A stretch of DNA of 52,622 nt from the IMG/VR virus record IMGVR_UViG_3300031949_000053, positions 1 through 52,622 of that record; one strand, given 5' to 3'. Position 1 is the stretch's first letter. The number at the start of each line of letters is the position of its first letter. Made by a program: the position numbers and the translations under genes. This stretch comes from a virus (taxonomy: Duplodnaviria; Caudoviricetes). Shown here one piece after another: positions 17,580-27,793 of this stretch. The notes beneath the pieces are model-generated. The model saw nothing but the letters and a program-made list of their open reading frames with translations, had not been told where the DNA came from and did no database searches.

Positions 17580-18307
17580 TTGACGGTGGCGTGTTCAAGG
17601 CAGTGCCGTTGGGGGTGCATCTCGACCCCTCCAAACTGGAATACATCCTTGATCGGCTTGTGGAACACGAGACCGAGTGGTCGGATTTCCAGAAAGGACG
17701 GCGGGAAGTCGCCCTGTCGGTCCTCGCCGGGCACTACGCGGACCCGCCGAATGCCTTCATCTTTGAGGTCTGGCGCGTGGACGGTTCTCCGGAACTCTGC
17801 GGGCTCATCGGGTTCACGCACATTGTCCCGCAGGTAGATGCACAGTTCCATCCCGTGTTCTTCGACGGGAAACTCCGCAACCTCCTGGGGAAGCGCTCGC
17901 TCCTCTTGCGCAGCATGGATTGGGCGTTCCAGCGATGGGACTTGCACCGTCTAAGTACGAACCTTCCCGAAACCTCGTTCGCCTTGGTGGATTTCGCGCG
18001 CAAGAAGTTGGGCTTCCGGTTTGAGGCCGAATTGCGTACTATTCGTCAGCGTCGCGCTATCGAACACGGGCACATCAAGAGCCGTCGTTGGCTGACCATC
18101 ACCCCTTCGCCACGGGAAGCGGAATGGGGGAGTCGTCGGTACCAGGCGCTCTACAAAGACGGCCAGTGGCGCGACGTACTACTCCTCTCCACGACCCGCG
18201 ACGAGTTCGCCAACTTCGTGCGTGAGGATACATGTCCTTCCTCTTCAGCCGACCCGATCCCCAGCAAGCCGTCCCCCAAGACCTCGCCGGAGGCCGCAAC
18301 GCCATAA
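17576..18307 (+). CDS. GNAT-fold protein preceding the ejection proteins
   Basis: GLIGF, WAFQRWDLHRL and KLGFRFE RimJ/L-like motifs. Confidence 0.7.
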   Translation: MIDGGVFKAVPLGVHLDPSKLEYILDRLVEHETEWSDFQKGRREVALSVLAGHYADPPNAFIFEVWRVDGSPELCGLIGFTHIVPQVDAQFHPVFFDGKLRNLLGKRSLLLRSMDWAFQRWDLHRLSTNLPETSFALVDFARKKLGFRFEAELRTIRQRRAIEHGHIKSRRWLTITPSPREAEWGSRRYQALYKDGQWRDVLLLSTTRDEFANFVREDTCPSSSADPIPSKPSPKTSPEAATP

Positions 18308-18816
18308 TCCAAGGATTGTTCGGTGGGGCAACGCCAACCGGAAATCCCTATGCGCAATATCTGCGTGAATTGCAGCGTGGCGGCTCGCCCAATAACTCGC
18401 TCGGGGTAATGGGCGAACTTCTGGGATTGATCGGTAACCCCGGCGCCAATCTCGGCCCGCTCTCGGCGCAGTATCGGGACAACCTCGACTACGGTTTGTC
18501 GCAGATCAACGCCTCCAGTCCTGGCCGATTCTCGACGGCGAACGCTTACACGCAGGGCCAGTTCACCCAGCGCTCCCTGAACGATTACAACGTCCTCGCC
18601 CAACAGACGCTGGAGCAGGGCCGCAACCGGCAGTTGCAGGCCATCATGGCGTTGCTGGGTCCCGTGATGGGGCCGATGTTCGGCGGGCCGTTCACGCAGG
18701 GTGCGTCGCCGTGGGAGGACCTACTGGGTGGGGCGCAGGCCATTGCCGGAATGGGTATTCCGGGACTCGGCGGCGGGAGTGGGTTTGCCGGTCTTCCCGT
18801 GTCGCCAGGGCTGTAA
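18232..18816 (+). CDS. Putative internal virion / ejection protein
   Basis: Gly/Gln-rich with hydrophobic C-terminus; GAGG RBS; position. Confidence 0.6.
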   Translation: MSFLFSRPDPQQAVPQDLAGGRNAIIQGLFGGATPTGNPYAQYLRELQRGGSPNNSLGVMGELLGLIGNPGANLGPLSAQYRDNLDYGLSQINASSPGRFSTANAYTQGQFTQRSLNDYNVLAQQTLEQGRNRQLQAIMALLGPVMGPMFGGPFTQGASPWEDLLGGAQAIAGMGIPGLGGGSGFAGLPVSPGL

Positions 18817-20049
18817 ATGAGCTACCAACTGATTCAGCAGCCCGCTCCGCTTCAGCAACTCGCGGACGTGCTTGGGGCTATTCGCGCCCAGCGTGATGCG
18901 CGCATGGCGGCGGACGACGAACGGCGCATGGCGGCTACACGAGACCGTCGGGCCGAACGTTATCTGCAACTGGCGGAGGCCGACCGGGCACTGTCCGCAC
19001 AGATGCAACAGGCGAATCTTGAGGTCGCTCGTGCAACCCTGACTCTTCGGCAGGACGAGGCGCGTCGCGCCCAGCGTGTCGCCGACGTTCTGTCCAAGCG
19101 GCAGGCGGAAGTGTATCGGCTGTCGCAGTCCATCCCCGAGTCTATCCGGCGGCAGGTTGCTCCCGGCGAGGCGCTGACGCAGCGGCTCGCGCTCGCGGGT
19201 GCCAACAAGCAGTTCACGGCGGGTGTGAGCCCCGAAGTGCAGGCGGCTAATGTGCGTCCTCCGGTGGACCTCGTTGGCGAGCTTCGTGAAGCGCAGGGCG
19301 AATCCCGGACTGGCCAGTCCGGTTCGAGGCTGGTGGCCCCGCGCCTTGGCGTTTCGTCTGGTGGGCTGGTATTCGACCCGGGCACGGAGAACATCAATCT
19401 TCCGAGCGGTGGTGGGGCGAGTGGCGACCGCTACAACGACCCCAACCGCCTCCGACTGGGCAATACCGGATCGCTGGTAGATGCGGTGGCGGGCTTGGAG
19501 GCTATGGAGCGCGAGAACCCCAACGCGGCAGTGCGGCCGTGGACTGGCGTCCTGCTTCGGGGCGTGGCGATGCGAGCCGGGCGACTGGCGGCGGGCGATG
19601 AAGGCGCGGCGGCAGCGGAAAATGTCGGACGCACGAATGAGCAGACACGGTATCGCGGATTCGCGGAGCAATGGGTTCACAACTATATCCCGAACCTGCC
19701 CGGATTCCGGATGTCGGTGCCGATGTTCAACAGCGTGATGCGCGCCTTCTTCCCGCCACCTGGAGAGAGCAATCCCGAGGTTATCCGAAGTTACACCGAA
19801 CGGCGTCGGGCGGTGACGGCCGAACTGGTCGAATCGCGCCAGCGTGGCATCTCAGAGGAAGAGCTGGCCCAGAACATCATGCAGCGTCTCCGGGCTTCTG
19901 GGGCGGATGACGCGGCGGCAGAGATGGGACGCGAACTGAATCGTCTGCGGTATGGCGGAGAGGGAGCAACCAATGCGGCGGGTCGGCCGATTGCCGTGCC
20001 GGGCGTAGGGAGTCGTGTTCCCCGTCTGAATCCGAGGTTCACGCCATGA
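18817..20049 (+). CDS. Putative internal virion / ejection protein
   Basis: Ala/Arg/Gln-rich helical 410 aa. Confidence 0.6.
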   Translation: MSYQLIQQPAPLQQLADVLGAIRAQRDARMAADDERRMAATRDRRAERYLQLAEADRALSAQMQQANLEVARATLTLRQDEARRAQRVADVLSKRQAEVYRLSQSIPESIRRQVAPGEALTQRLALAGANKQFTAGVSPEVQAANVRPPVDLVGELREAQGESRTGQSGSRLVAPRLGVSSGGLVFDPGTENINLPSGGGASGDRYNDPNRLRLGNTGSLVDAVAGLEAMERENPNAAVRPWTGVLLRGVAMRAGRLAAGDEGAAAAENVGRTNEQTRYRGFAEQWVHNYIPNLPGFRMSVPMFNSVMRAFFPPPGESNPEVIRSYTERRRAVTAELVESRQRGISEEELAQNIMQRLRASGADDAAAEMGRELNRLRYGGEGATNAAGRPIAVPGVGSRVPRLNPRFTP

Positions 20050-21734
20050 CGCCGCCCGTCCAACCCATTAGCGGTGCGACCGATCCCGAGTTCGGCGACA
20101 TCGAGCTGTGGCGTCAGGCGGCACGCAATGCACAAGCCGCCCTCCGGACCAACGCGAACGACGCGGAGGCCCGCGAGCAACTAGAGGACGCACAGTTTGT
20201 GCTCCGCCGTCACGCGGCGTCGGTCGGCGCACGGATGAATCTGGCGAACGAGATGGAACGACAGAACATACGCGAGCAGATCGGCGCCGAACGCGCTGGC
20301 CCCGCACAGGCATATGCCGCCAACGTTCTCCACGGCGCTTCGCTGGGGCTTGGCGACGAACTCGCCGCCATCGGCGCTGTGCTCCCCGGTGGACTTTCTC
20401 CGGGTCAGGCGCAGGCGCGGTATCAAGCTGGGCGCGAGGAGTTGTATGCCGCTCAACCCGTGGCCTCGTTTCTTGGGGATATGACCGGGGCGGTGGGACT
20501 CGGTGTCGCCAGCGCGGGGGCCTTCCCGGGTCTTGCCGCGCGGATAGCAGCGGGTGGAACGCTGGCGGGTTCTGGTGCGCGGACAGGCGCCATGCTGGCC
20601 GGAGGCACAATCGGGGGTGGTGAGGGTGTGCTGCGTGGTCTGGCGGGCGAAGGGACACTCGGCGAACGTGGCCGGAGCGCGCTCGGACAAGGTGCCGTGG
20701 GATTCGGTCTCGGTGTCGGCGGTGTAGGCGCGACCAACGTCGTGCGTCGCCTGCGCGCTCGCAGCATCGCGAAGGACATCGAACTCGGAAACCGTGCGGC
20801 GGCAAGTCGGTTCGCCCCGGCACAGGCCGAGGAGTCCGCACGGTTCCACGCCGCCCGGGCTCGTCAGGCGGAGGTGCAGACGCAGATAGCGGAAGAGACC
20901 GCTCCGGCGCGCATCGTGAGTGCTCAGAATCAGGCGCAACTCTCGACCATTCGAGTCGGGGAAGTCGGCCAGCGAGCCGCGCAGACCGAAGCCAGAACGG
21001 CTGTTGCCCAGGCCCGTCGTACCGACATCCCGCTCGACCGGACGATGAAGGAAGACCGTGCATTCCTGCTGGCACTCCGTCGGGCCGAGGCGGAAGCGCG
21101 ACGGGCCGGGAGCACGACCGGAGCGACGGGGGTCGAACAGCGGTTCCGGGCTGGACTGGCGCGGATGCGCATGTCGCCCGAGGACATCGAGATCGCCGTG
21201 CAGCGCGCCCGCCAGACCGTGGGGAGTCCGCTCTACGGTGGTGGAGCCGCACCGTCCACGGCCATCCGCCCCGAGCCGGGGATCACTTCCTCCGAGGTGG
21301 ATGCGGCGCTTGTGGAGGGACGCGCGGGGTTGCAAGCCCAGCGGGCTACGCCGGTTTCCACGGCTCCGGTTGAAGCCCCGACGTTCGTGCAGGCGCCTTC
21401 GACCCAGCGTGGGACGCCGGGCGCGATGCCGGGTGCCGACCCGCGTGAGGCCGCTCGTGCGGCCTACGGACAGGTGTTCGCCGCAACGGGCGACGAGGCG
21501 CAGGCCGCCGCTGCCGCACGCCACGGGGCGGGGTTTGCGCAGCAGGCCGTCATCCAGCCTGCTGAGGACGCTTCGATGGCGCTCATGCGGCTCGCGCAGA
21601 GCGAACCGACCGATGCGGCGGTGTCGGAACTGACGGCGCTGGTGCGTCAACTGCCGCAGGCCCAGCGACGCCTCGCCCTCAACCAGTTGTATGCGGTGAA
21701 CCCTGCGTGGCGGGTGCGGATTTTCGGCCAGTGA
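20046..21734 (+). CDS. Putative large ejection protein
   Basis: GASLGLGDELAA motif and Gly/Ala-rich membrane-active segments. Confidence 0.65.
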   Translation: MTPPVQPISGATDPEFGDIELWRQAARNAQAALRTNANDAEAREQLEDAQFVLRRHAASVGARMNLANEMERQNIREQIGAERAGPAQAYAANVLHGASLGLGDELAAIGAVLPGGLSPGQAQARYQAGREELYAAQPVASFLGDMTGAVGLGVASAGAFPGLAARIAAGGTLAGSGARTGAMLAGGTIGGGEGVLRGLAGEGTLGERGRSALGQGAVGFGLGVGGVGATNVVRRLRARSIAKDIELGNRAAASRFAPAQAEESARFHAARARQAEVQTQIAEETAPARIVSAQNQAQLSTIRVGEVGQRAAQTEARTAVAQARRTDIPLDRTMKEDRAFLLALRRAEAEARRAGSTTGATGVEQRFRAGLARMRMSPEDIEIAVQRARQTVGSPLYGGGAAPSTAIRPEPGITSSEVDAALVEGRAGLQAQRATPVSTAPVEAPTFVQAPSTQRGTPGAMPGADPREAARAAYGQVFAATGDEAQAAAAARHGAGFAQQAVIQPAEDASMALMRLAQSEPTDAAVSELTALVRQLPQAQRRLALNQLYAVNPAWRVRIFGQ

Positions 21735-22102
21735 AGAAGATTCTGATTGTCGGTGGTCCCAAGACCGGCAAGTCCACACTGGCGGATACCCTCGGGCTTC
21801 CCGTCCGACGGGCGGATCAGCTCGTGGGGGAGAAATCCTGGGGCGAGGACTCGGCGGAAGTTGCACGCTGGATGAACGAACCGGGGGACATGGTGATTGA
21901 GGGCACGTCAGTCGTCCGAGGAATTCGCAAGTGGATGGCGCACCATCCCGACACGCGGATGGAGGGGATGGAGGTTCGACGCTGCGCCACACCGCACGGC
22001 TACTGTTCGGATGGCCAGTCTCGTATGGGGAAGGGCGTAGACACGATTTGGAACCAGATACGCCCCGACCTTGTGAAGCGCGGCGCCACCGTGCGCGACT
22101 GA
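21731..22102 (+). CDS. Small P-loop kinase (NMP/polynucleotide-kinase-like)
   Basis: ILIVGGPKTGKST Walker A; MVIEG. Confidence 0.7.
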   Translation: MKKILIVGGPKTGKSTLADTLGLPVRRADQLVGEKSWGEDSAEVARWMNEPGDMVIEGTSVVRGIRKWMAHHPDTRMEGMEVRRCATPHGYCSDGQSRMGKGVDTIWNQIRPDLVKRGATVRD

Positions 22103-22806
22103 TGACGCTGCCGTTTCTGTCCATTCCGCCGCAGGTTCCCGCTGATCGCACATCCGTCAGGCGAGGTCCACTCACGACGGGCTCCGTGGCTGGATTGCTT
22201 GACGTTCTCGGCCTCCAACCTCCCATCGAAGCGCGCGGCCCACGCTTCCATGAAGCGCTCCAATTTGTGCTTGGTCAAGAACTCTCACCCGGCCACCGGC
22301 AGAAGCCCGGTGGGGCTCTATATGTGAGCGGCGAAGGGGATGTTGGGATTGATCCTCCGGCCCAGCGGGAATTCGAGCGCCGGAATCCCGACGTGGCGCG
22401 GCGGATGCTGTCCGCGATTGATGTCTTAGGCGAACGGGGGCGCACCGACCCGCGGGCGCGACGGTTACGCAACTACCGGATGGCAGATTACTACCGCGCG
22501 GTCTATGCGGACATCTGGAATGCGGCGGGTGCCGACCGCTTGCCCCCCGGACTCGACGTACTGCATTTCGATACCGCCGTCAATCATGGGCCAGGCGTAG
22601 CGCGCCGACTTCTGCGAGAGAGCAACGGCGATCCGGACGCCTACCTGGCACTACGCGAGGCCGAATACCATCGCCTTATGGAAGGGCCGGGGGCTGATGT
22701 ACCGCAAGGCCAGTATGGCGAGGTTCCCCGCGAGCAGCAGGGCTGGCTCCGCCAGCGGATACCCGCACTGCGAGCGATGGTGCGCGCAGCTAGGACTCGG
22801 GACTAG
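22102..22806 (+). CDS. GH108-like lysozyme (peptidoglycan hydrolase)
   Basis: YADIWNAAGADRLPPGLDVLHFDTAVNHGPGVARRLL...GWLRQR. Confidence 0.75.
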   Translation: MTLPFLSIPPQVPADRTSVRRGPLTTGSVAGLLDVLGLQPPIEARGPRFHEALQFVLGQELSPGHRQKPGGALYVSGEGDVGIDPPAQREFERRNPDVARRMLSAIDVLGERGRTDPRARRLRNYRMADYYRAVYADIWNAAGADRLPPGLDVLHFDTAVNHGPGVARRLLRESNGDPDAYLALREAEYHRLMEGPGADVPQGQYGEVPREQQGWLRQRIPALRAMVRAARTRD

Positions 22807-22945
22807 CCGTCTCAACCTCGTTGCACAGTTTGCGTGCAACGCGCACTGCCTCTACGATTTCCTTGCTGTTCACCGTGTTCCCGCGTGCCATACGCGCGGA
22901 AAGCACAATCGCCGCCATGATGGCCAGCTTGTCGTTGTAGTCCAT
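22790..22945 (-). CDS. Small hypothetical protein
   Basis: MDYNDKLAIMAA...; last gene of the - strand arm, convergent with the lysozyme. Confidence 0.45.
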   Translation of the reverse strand: MDYNDKLAIMAAIVLSARMARGNTVNSKEIVEAVRVARKLCNEVETASPES

Positions 22946-23304
22946 CACACCCTCGCAATCTCGCGGTCGGTTTCGTCCGTGATGACGATGTGCCACTTCA
23001 GTGCCTCGGCGTACTTCTGCAACGTGTCTACCCTCAACCCCTGCCCGTACCGATGGGCGCGCACCGAACTCAACCCCACTCCGGTTAACGCCGCGAACTC
23101 TACCAGCGTTAACTCCATGCCCTCGCACTCGTCCACCAGGGCTTGAGCAATCTGCTGTGCAAGCGTCTCCCCTGTAGGCCGATTTCGCGCTACGGGGCGT
23201 TCTGGCGCCCGAACAGATACCGAAACGGGCGGAGGGGCGGGTTCCGGGAGTTCGGGCTTCTGCGGGGCGTTCCCCCACGCGCTCCGGTAGCCCTGTCCGG
23301 TCAT
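22945..23304 (-). CDS. XRE/Cro-type HTH regulator
   Basis: LTLVEFAALTGVGLSSVRAHRYG...VDTLQKYAEAL. Confidence 0.7.
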   Translation of the reverse strand: MTGQGYRSAWGNAPQKPELPEPAPPPVSVSVRAPERPVARNRPTGETLAQQIAQALVDECEGMELTLVEFAALTGVGLSSVRAHRYGQGLRVDTLQKYAEALKWHIVITDETDREIARV

Positions 23305-23603
23305 GCTTCCTCCAAGATGGCGACGATGTCCGCTTCGGTCAGGAAAAACTCCTTCTCGTCGTTCAGGTACACGCGGGCGAAGTCGGCGTGCAGAATCCAG
23401 GCGCCGGGCTTGAGGCGCGGGTCTACGGGGACGAAGCACTCGGCCTCCTCGTCCCGCGTACCCGGTCCCGCAGCGACGACTTCCGCGTGCTGTTTCATTT
23501 CCAGCGCTACCCGATCAGGGGTGAGAACGATAGGGGAGCCGGGGTAGTGATCCTCGGCTTCGACGGCGCGGCAGAGAATGCGATTGCCGAGAGGCTGGAT
23601 CAT
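23301..23603 (-). CDS. groES: Co-chaperonin GroES
   Basis: MIQPLGNRIL...AEVVAAGPG...LKPG...LTEADIVAIL. Confidence 0.85.
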   Translation of the reverse strand: MIQPLGNRILCRAVEAEDHYPGSPIVLTPDRVALEMKQHAEVVAAGPGTRDEEAECFVPVDPRLKPGAWILHADFARVYLNDEKEFFLTEADIVAILEEA

Positions 23604-23914
23604 GCGCTCCTCCGGATGGCGGTCAGGGCCTCGTGGCCATGCGCGCACATCTCCACCGTGCGCCCCATCCAGTCTAACCCCACGGCCACCAACGCCGCTC
23701 CACAGGAACAGACACAGGGACGGTCGGGGACGAGCGGCCCCGAGGCCAATATACCGCCCCGACCTCGGAGTTGGCGCGTCTGTCTCCGGCGCGCATTGGC
23801 GACTGATCGTTTGCACTGTGACGAGCAGTACGTCCGTTCCTTCCCACCGGGGTTGTCCTTGACGTAGGTGAACGGGCGTTTGCAGTTCTCGCAAAACCCT
23901 TGGTAGAAGGTCAT
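23600..23914 (-). CDS. Zn-finger hypothetical protein
   Basis: CENC...YCSSQC and CSC...CAH motifs. Confidence 0.55.
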   Translation of the reverse strand: MTFYQGFCENCKRPFTYVKDNPGGKERTYCSSQCKRSVANARRRQTRQLRGRGGILASGPLVPDRPCVCSCGAALVAVGLDWMGRTVEMCAHGHEALTAIRRSA

Positions 23915-24243
23915 GCGCCGAATTCTCCCAAGAGTGAGGCGAGGCTGATCGGTCCCGTGGGCTCGGCCCGTTTGACACGCAGCTTGCGGCTCTCCGCTAA
24001 CAGCAGCGGCGCGTATTTCACAATGACGCGACAGGAGAAGTTGGCACCCTTCGGTATCCAGTCGCACTCGCCGTCATCGGCTTGGGCGCGCAACGTTGCG
24101 CACATCATCACGATCTCCTCCGGGGTGTAGCCCTTGAGGAAGCGCTTGAGCACGCTGATGTCGCGCGACTGCATCACCCGGTCAGGAAGCCCTCGGGGAT
24201 AGCACAAGGGCTTGAGCGCACCGTACAGCTCGCCAAGGGTCAT
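23911..24243 (-). CDS. Hypothetical protein (possibly replication-related)
   Basis: Coupled 110-aa ORF; helical. Confidence 0.5.
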   Translation of the reverse strand: MTLGELYGALKPLCYPRGLPDRVMQSRDISVLKRFLKGYTPEEIVMMCATLRAQADDGECDWIPKGANFSCRVIVKYAPLLLAESRKLRVKRAEPTGPISLASLLGEFGA

Positions 24244-24568
24244 CGCGTTATTCGGTCAGCGCGGCACGCACCGCCGCGAAGAGGGGTGCCATTTCCTCCG
24301 CGTATCCCCCTGAACACTTTGTCTCAAGCGCGTCGAGGCTCGCGACATCAGCTAGTTGGGCAAGTGTGTTGTCGTCGTGCGTGCCAAAAATTGTAGGTGT
24401 CATCAGAACAGACTCCCAAAGAGGAGGCCGGCCACAAACCCGACCACGGCCCAGCCGGTGAGGGACAATCCTGTGCGCACCTTCACGTCAGCACTCCCAG
24501 GAGATAGCCCATGATGAATGCCGCGACGAGCCATGTCACGACGGTCGCGGGTTCCAGTTGACGGTCCT

Positions 24569-24724
24569 TCATCGTGCCCGTATCCGGCGCATCACTTGAC
24601 GGTTCGCCTCACGCCGATAGTCCGGCCCGCAGAACTTGTGGAGGTGATGGTGCGCGCCGAGCACGAACGGGTCGCCGCAGACGCGGCACGTCCGGTCCAC
24701 GACGGTTCCCCGCTTGCGCCGCAT
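24569..24724 (-). CDS. Small Zn-finger protein
   Basis: CRVCGDPF...KFCGP. Confidence 0.45.
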   Translation of the reverse strand: MRRKRGTVVDRTCRVCGDPFVLGAHHHLHKFCGPDYRREANRQVMRRIRAR

Positions 24725-24741
24725 GTGCTCAGTCTGTCGGT

Positions 24742-25110
24742 TCAATTGAGGTGGTGCGCTTGGGTGTAGTCGTGCGCCAGTTGGGTGAGGTCGAGACCGT
24801 ATTTCGCCTCGAACTCTGCGGTGCGACCTTCTTGCTCGTCGTGATGTCGCGGACAGGCAGGGAACAACTGGTAGTCGTCGCCCTTGCCTCGCGCCTTGGG
24901 TTCGAGGTGGCACGCCTCGATCCCGGGGCGTTCTGCGTAGAACCCGCAGGGCGTCGGACGGGTCGAATGGGTCGGCACCACACACCACAGTCCTCGGATA
25001 ACCACGCGCAACGGCCGATTGATCTTCTTCGGAAACCGTTCCTTCCCCTTGGCCTTGAGCGGGGTCTTGCGCTTCAGCGGGGTGCGCGCCTTCAACGAGC
25101 AGCGCTTCAC
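24742..25110 (-). CDS. HNH-like nuclease (DUF968/Ref-like)
   Basis: Basic N-terminus RTPLKRKTPLK; EACHL...DD...PACPRHHDEQ. Confidence 0.65.
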   Translation of the reverse strand: MKRCSLKARTPLKRKTPLKAKGKERFPKKINRPLRVVIRGLWCVVPTHSTRPTPCGFYAERPGIEACHLEPKARGKGDDYQLFPACPRHHDEQEGRTAEFEAKYGLDLTQLAHDYTQAHHLN

Positions 25111-25303
25111 GGCGTCCTCCGGGCGGGGTGGCCCTTGGGTGTCGGGGTGGTTCGCGTCTTATCCCTCGGTGGAAAGCGCTCCTCCTTACGGTGAGTGGTA
25201 ACCGGCACCCGCACCCCGCCTTTACAGGAGGTACACAGCACGCCCTTGCCCTTCACGATGTAGTAGCTCGTCACTTCGGCCTTGCACTTCACGCAGATGC
25301 GTG

Positions 25304-25498
25304 TCACAGCGGCAACTCGTCCGGGGCCGTGTGCGCCCACGAGATCGGGCATCCGCCGAAGATGTTCAAGGCGTTCCCGCAGACCGGGCAGTAGGCCGGG
25401 GGCTGGGGGCAGGCGTCGCACGTCGGTGAAGTTTTGAGCGCGCCGCAATCCGGGCAGTACGTCGGCCGCCATTCGAGGCCGTGCATCTCGGCGCTCAT
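25304..25498 (-). CDS. Small Cys-rich protein
   Basis: CPDC, CDAC and CPVC motifs. Confidence 0.45.
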   Translation of the reverse strand: MSAEMHGLEWRPTYCPDCGALKTSPTCDACPQPPAYCPVCGNALNIFGGCPISWAHTAPDELPL

Positions 25499-25810
25499 CC
25501 CTCGCTCCCGTTCAGGGCGGCGTTCAGTTCTGCATAGGCCACGGCACGCTTGTACTCTTCCAACTTGCGCGCATAGACCAGCGCCGCCTTCCGCACGTCC
25601 TCCATCGCCTCCGTCACGGCCACCGCGTCGTTGTCCTCGACGTGCTGGTCGAAATTGGCAGGGCCGGTCATCGCTTGACCTCCATGAAGGTGACGCGCAC
25701 CGAGGCCCCGTAGATGGCGCGCATCTGGCTCACGATGGCGTTGCGCGTGCCCGCCATCTTGCACGTCGCCACCCGACGCCCTCGGTCCCAGACTTCGATG
25801 GTGTAGGTGG

Positions 25811-26158
25811 TCATTCGCTGTCCACGTCCACTTGAACGTTTTCGGGGTGCGTGCGCCCCACGTTGACGCGCTGAAGCCAGAGTCGCGCGACCTGTCGGTC
25901 ATCGGCGTAGGCCAGTCCCTTGAGCGCATCAAGGATGGGCTTCGCCTTGTTGTCGAGGTCGCCACGTCGCGCACGGCGGAACCACGCGATGTTGACGAAC
26001 ACTTCACCCGTCAGGGGCTTCCCCCGGTACTGGTTCCGAATGAGGATACGCGCCTTCTTGAGCCACAGCCGGTACTCGGGACTGAGATACGTGCGCCCTC
26101 GGCCCACGCGCCATATACGGTTCGCGCTCGGCGGGACCGGCAACTCAAGAGAAATCAT
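25811..26158 (-). CDS. rusA: Holliday junction resolvase RusA
   Basis: LPVPPSAN...RRGDLDNKAKPILDAL...DDRQV. Confidence 0.9.
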   Translation of the reverse strand: MISLELPVPPSANRIWRVGRGRTYLSPEYRLWLKKARILIRNQYRGKPLTGEVFVNIAWFRRARRGDLDNKAKPILDALKGLAYADDRQVARLWLQRVNVGRTHPENVQVDVDSE

Positions 26159-26162
26159 CGTG

Positions 26163-26471
26163 CTACCATGCTAGGGCGTGAGCGATTGCGCCGATGCCGA
26201 GACACAGGGCACCTGCGAGCGCGCCTATAATGAACCGGCCCGTTACGTGTGCTCGCTCGGCCTCCGGCACCTCGCGGTCTGGGGTCTTGAAGACCACGAA
26301 GGACACGAGGACATCGAGCCCGACCGCCCACCACAGCGTGAGCGTGGTGACGCCGAGGGGCGCGACGAACCAGTTCCAGAGTTTCATCATCACGAACCCG
26401 CCCCACACGACGGCGGGGATGAACAACACTAGGGCGAGGAAGCCGTCCGCCATCTTCTCGTCTTCGGTCAT
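26163..26471 (-). CDS. Membrane protein (3 TM)
   Basis: Hydrophobic segments; KLWNWFVAP motif. Confidence 0.6.
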   Translation of the reverse strand: MTEDEKMADGFLALVLFIPAVVWGGFVMMKLWNWFVAPLGVTTLTLWWAVGLDVLVSFVVFKTPDREVPEAERAHVTGRFIIGALAGALCLGIGAIAHALAW

Positions 26472-26703
26472 CGTGCGCTCCGCATCGCGGTGAGACTGCG
26501 TTCAAAACCGTGTGCTTCGCAGACCGGCTCACCGTCTTCCGTAGAGTAAACGGCTTCACAGTCGTTGATCTCCGCCACAGCCTCGGGCAACCCTTCGGCG
26601 AGGCATACCACACAGACGAGGGGCGCAGAAGAGGGCGTGTGCGACTCCCCGGCACCGGACACGACCGGCTCGGGTTGCCCCTCTCCTGCGCGCACCTCGT
26701 CCG

Positions 26704-27057
26704 TCATGGCTTCTTCCCCGTCCGCATTTCGTAGGGCGATGGCAACCCTAGCTGCTTGACAAACCCCTTCCACGTATCGAGGTCAAACACCGCCCCGTCT
26801 TTCTTGTGTAAGGGTTCAATGCGCGTGATACGGGAATCGTCGTGGGAGACCCAACACGACCGTCCCTCAACCTTACGCAGCGGACAGTCGCCAAAAACGG
26901 CCAAGAAACGATAGAGGAACGAGGCGTCTATGCTGTACCCCAGCCCCTGACATCCTCCGTCCTCGTACTCGAAATGACCGAGCAGGACCAGGATGCCATG
27001 ATCCTCGATTGCCACGTCGAATCCGACGCATCGGGCCAGCGAACGCTCGTCCGTCAT
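26704..27057 (-). CDS. Hypothetical phage protein
   Basis: IEDHGIL...QGLGY; coupled ORF. Confidence 0.55.
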   Translation of the reverse strand: MTDERSLARCVGFDVAIEDHGILVLLGHFEYEDGGCQGLGYSIDASFLYRFLAVFGDCPLRKVEGRSCWVSHDDSRITRIEPLHKKDGAVFDLDTWKGFVKQLGLPSPYEMRTGKKP

Positions 27058-27227
27058 GTGTTCGGTTCCTCGCCGATGGCATCCAGTTCGGCGATGCGTT
27101 CCATGAGGAGCTGGTGCGCGACGGTGGACACCTTCACCTTCTCGTCCCCGGTCGCCTGGGCGGAGGCGAGGAGCTTGGCGTAGGTGTCATCGTCCACCCG
27201 CACCCCGACCACATGGGTCCGGCTCAT
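27054..27227 (-). CDS. Ribbon-helix-helix DNA-binding protein (57 aa, not in the ORF track)
   Basis: MSRTHVVGVRVDDDTYAKLLASAQATG...VSTVAHQLLMERI; ATGA coupling at both ends. Confidence 0.65.
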   Translation of the reverse strand: MSRTHVVGVRVDDDTYAKLLASAQATGDEKVKVSTVAHQLLMERIAELDAIGEEPNT

Positions 27228-27793
27228 CGCGCCCTCTGGATGTACAACGTCGAGGCGAGGGACTTCGCCGCCTCCACCACCGCCGCCGCGACCAGCGGGT
27301 CATGGAACAGGAGGTTTTCGATGCCGAGCCCGACCGCGATGCGCTGCGCCTGCGTGATCGCCTCCGTGACACACCCGCCCATCACGTCCGGGGCGGGTGT
27401 CCCGGTCGGGGTCGGTCGAGGCTCCACGGGGCGGGCAGGGGCCTTGGCGGGCTTCTCCGGCCCCCCGTCCTCGCCGGGCAGCGCGACTTCGATGTGCGCG
27501 TTCTTCTCCCCGGCTTCATGGACCTTCGTGATGACGATGTCCGGGGCACCCTTGAGCACGGTGTACTTGGGGTTCCCGTCGTCCCACTTGCCGATCTCCA
27601 CGACGCCGAGCGTCTTGAGGTCGTTGACGAGGTCCAAGGGAAGCCAGACGATGCTCTGCGCGTCCCCCTCCTTGACGGTGAGGATGAGCTTGGGGCCGTA
27701 CTTCGTCGTGACCCCCTTGGCCCGCCACGGCTTCACAATCACCGGGACGTTCGGGGCGAGTTCGAGTACGGGCAGTTCTTCGCGGTCAGCCAT
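27224..27793 (-). CDS. Putative OB-fold ssDNA-binding protein
   Basis: Beta-rich N-domain (TTKYGPKLIL) and Pro-rich linker; early region. Confidence 0.4.
   Translation of the reverse strand: MADREELPVLELAPNVPVIVKPWRAKGVTTKYGPKLILTVKEGDAQSIVWLPLDLVNDLKTLGVVEIGKWDDGNPKYTVLKGAPDIVITKVHEAGEKNAHIEVALPGEDGGPEKPAKAPARPVEPRPTPTGTPAPDVMGGCVTEAITQAQRIAVGLGIENLLFHDPLVAAAVVEAAKSLASTLYIQRAR

Noticed and set aside
20181-22226. 681-aa - strand ORF, and similar long ORFs at 4689-6230, 32743-34383, 34148-35467 and 27009-28142
   Set aside because: Antisense shadows of well-supported genes in high-GC DNA; Arg/Pro-rich with no motifs
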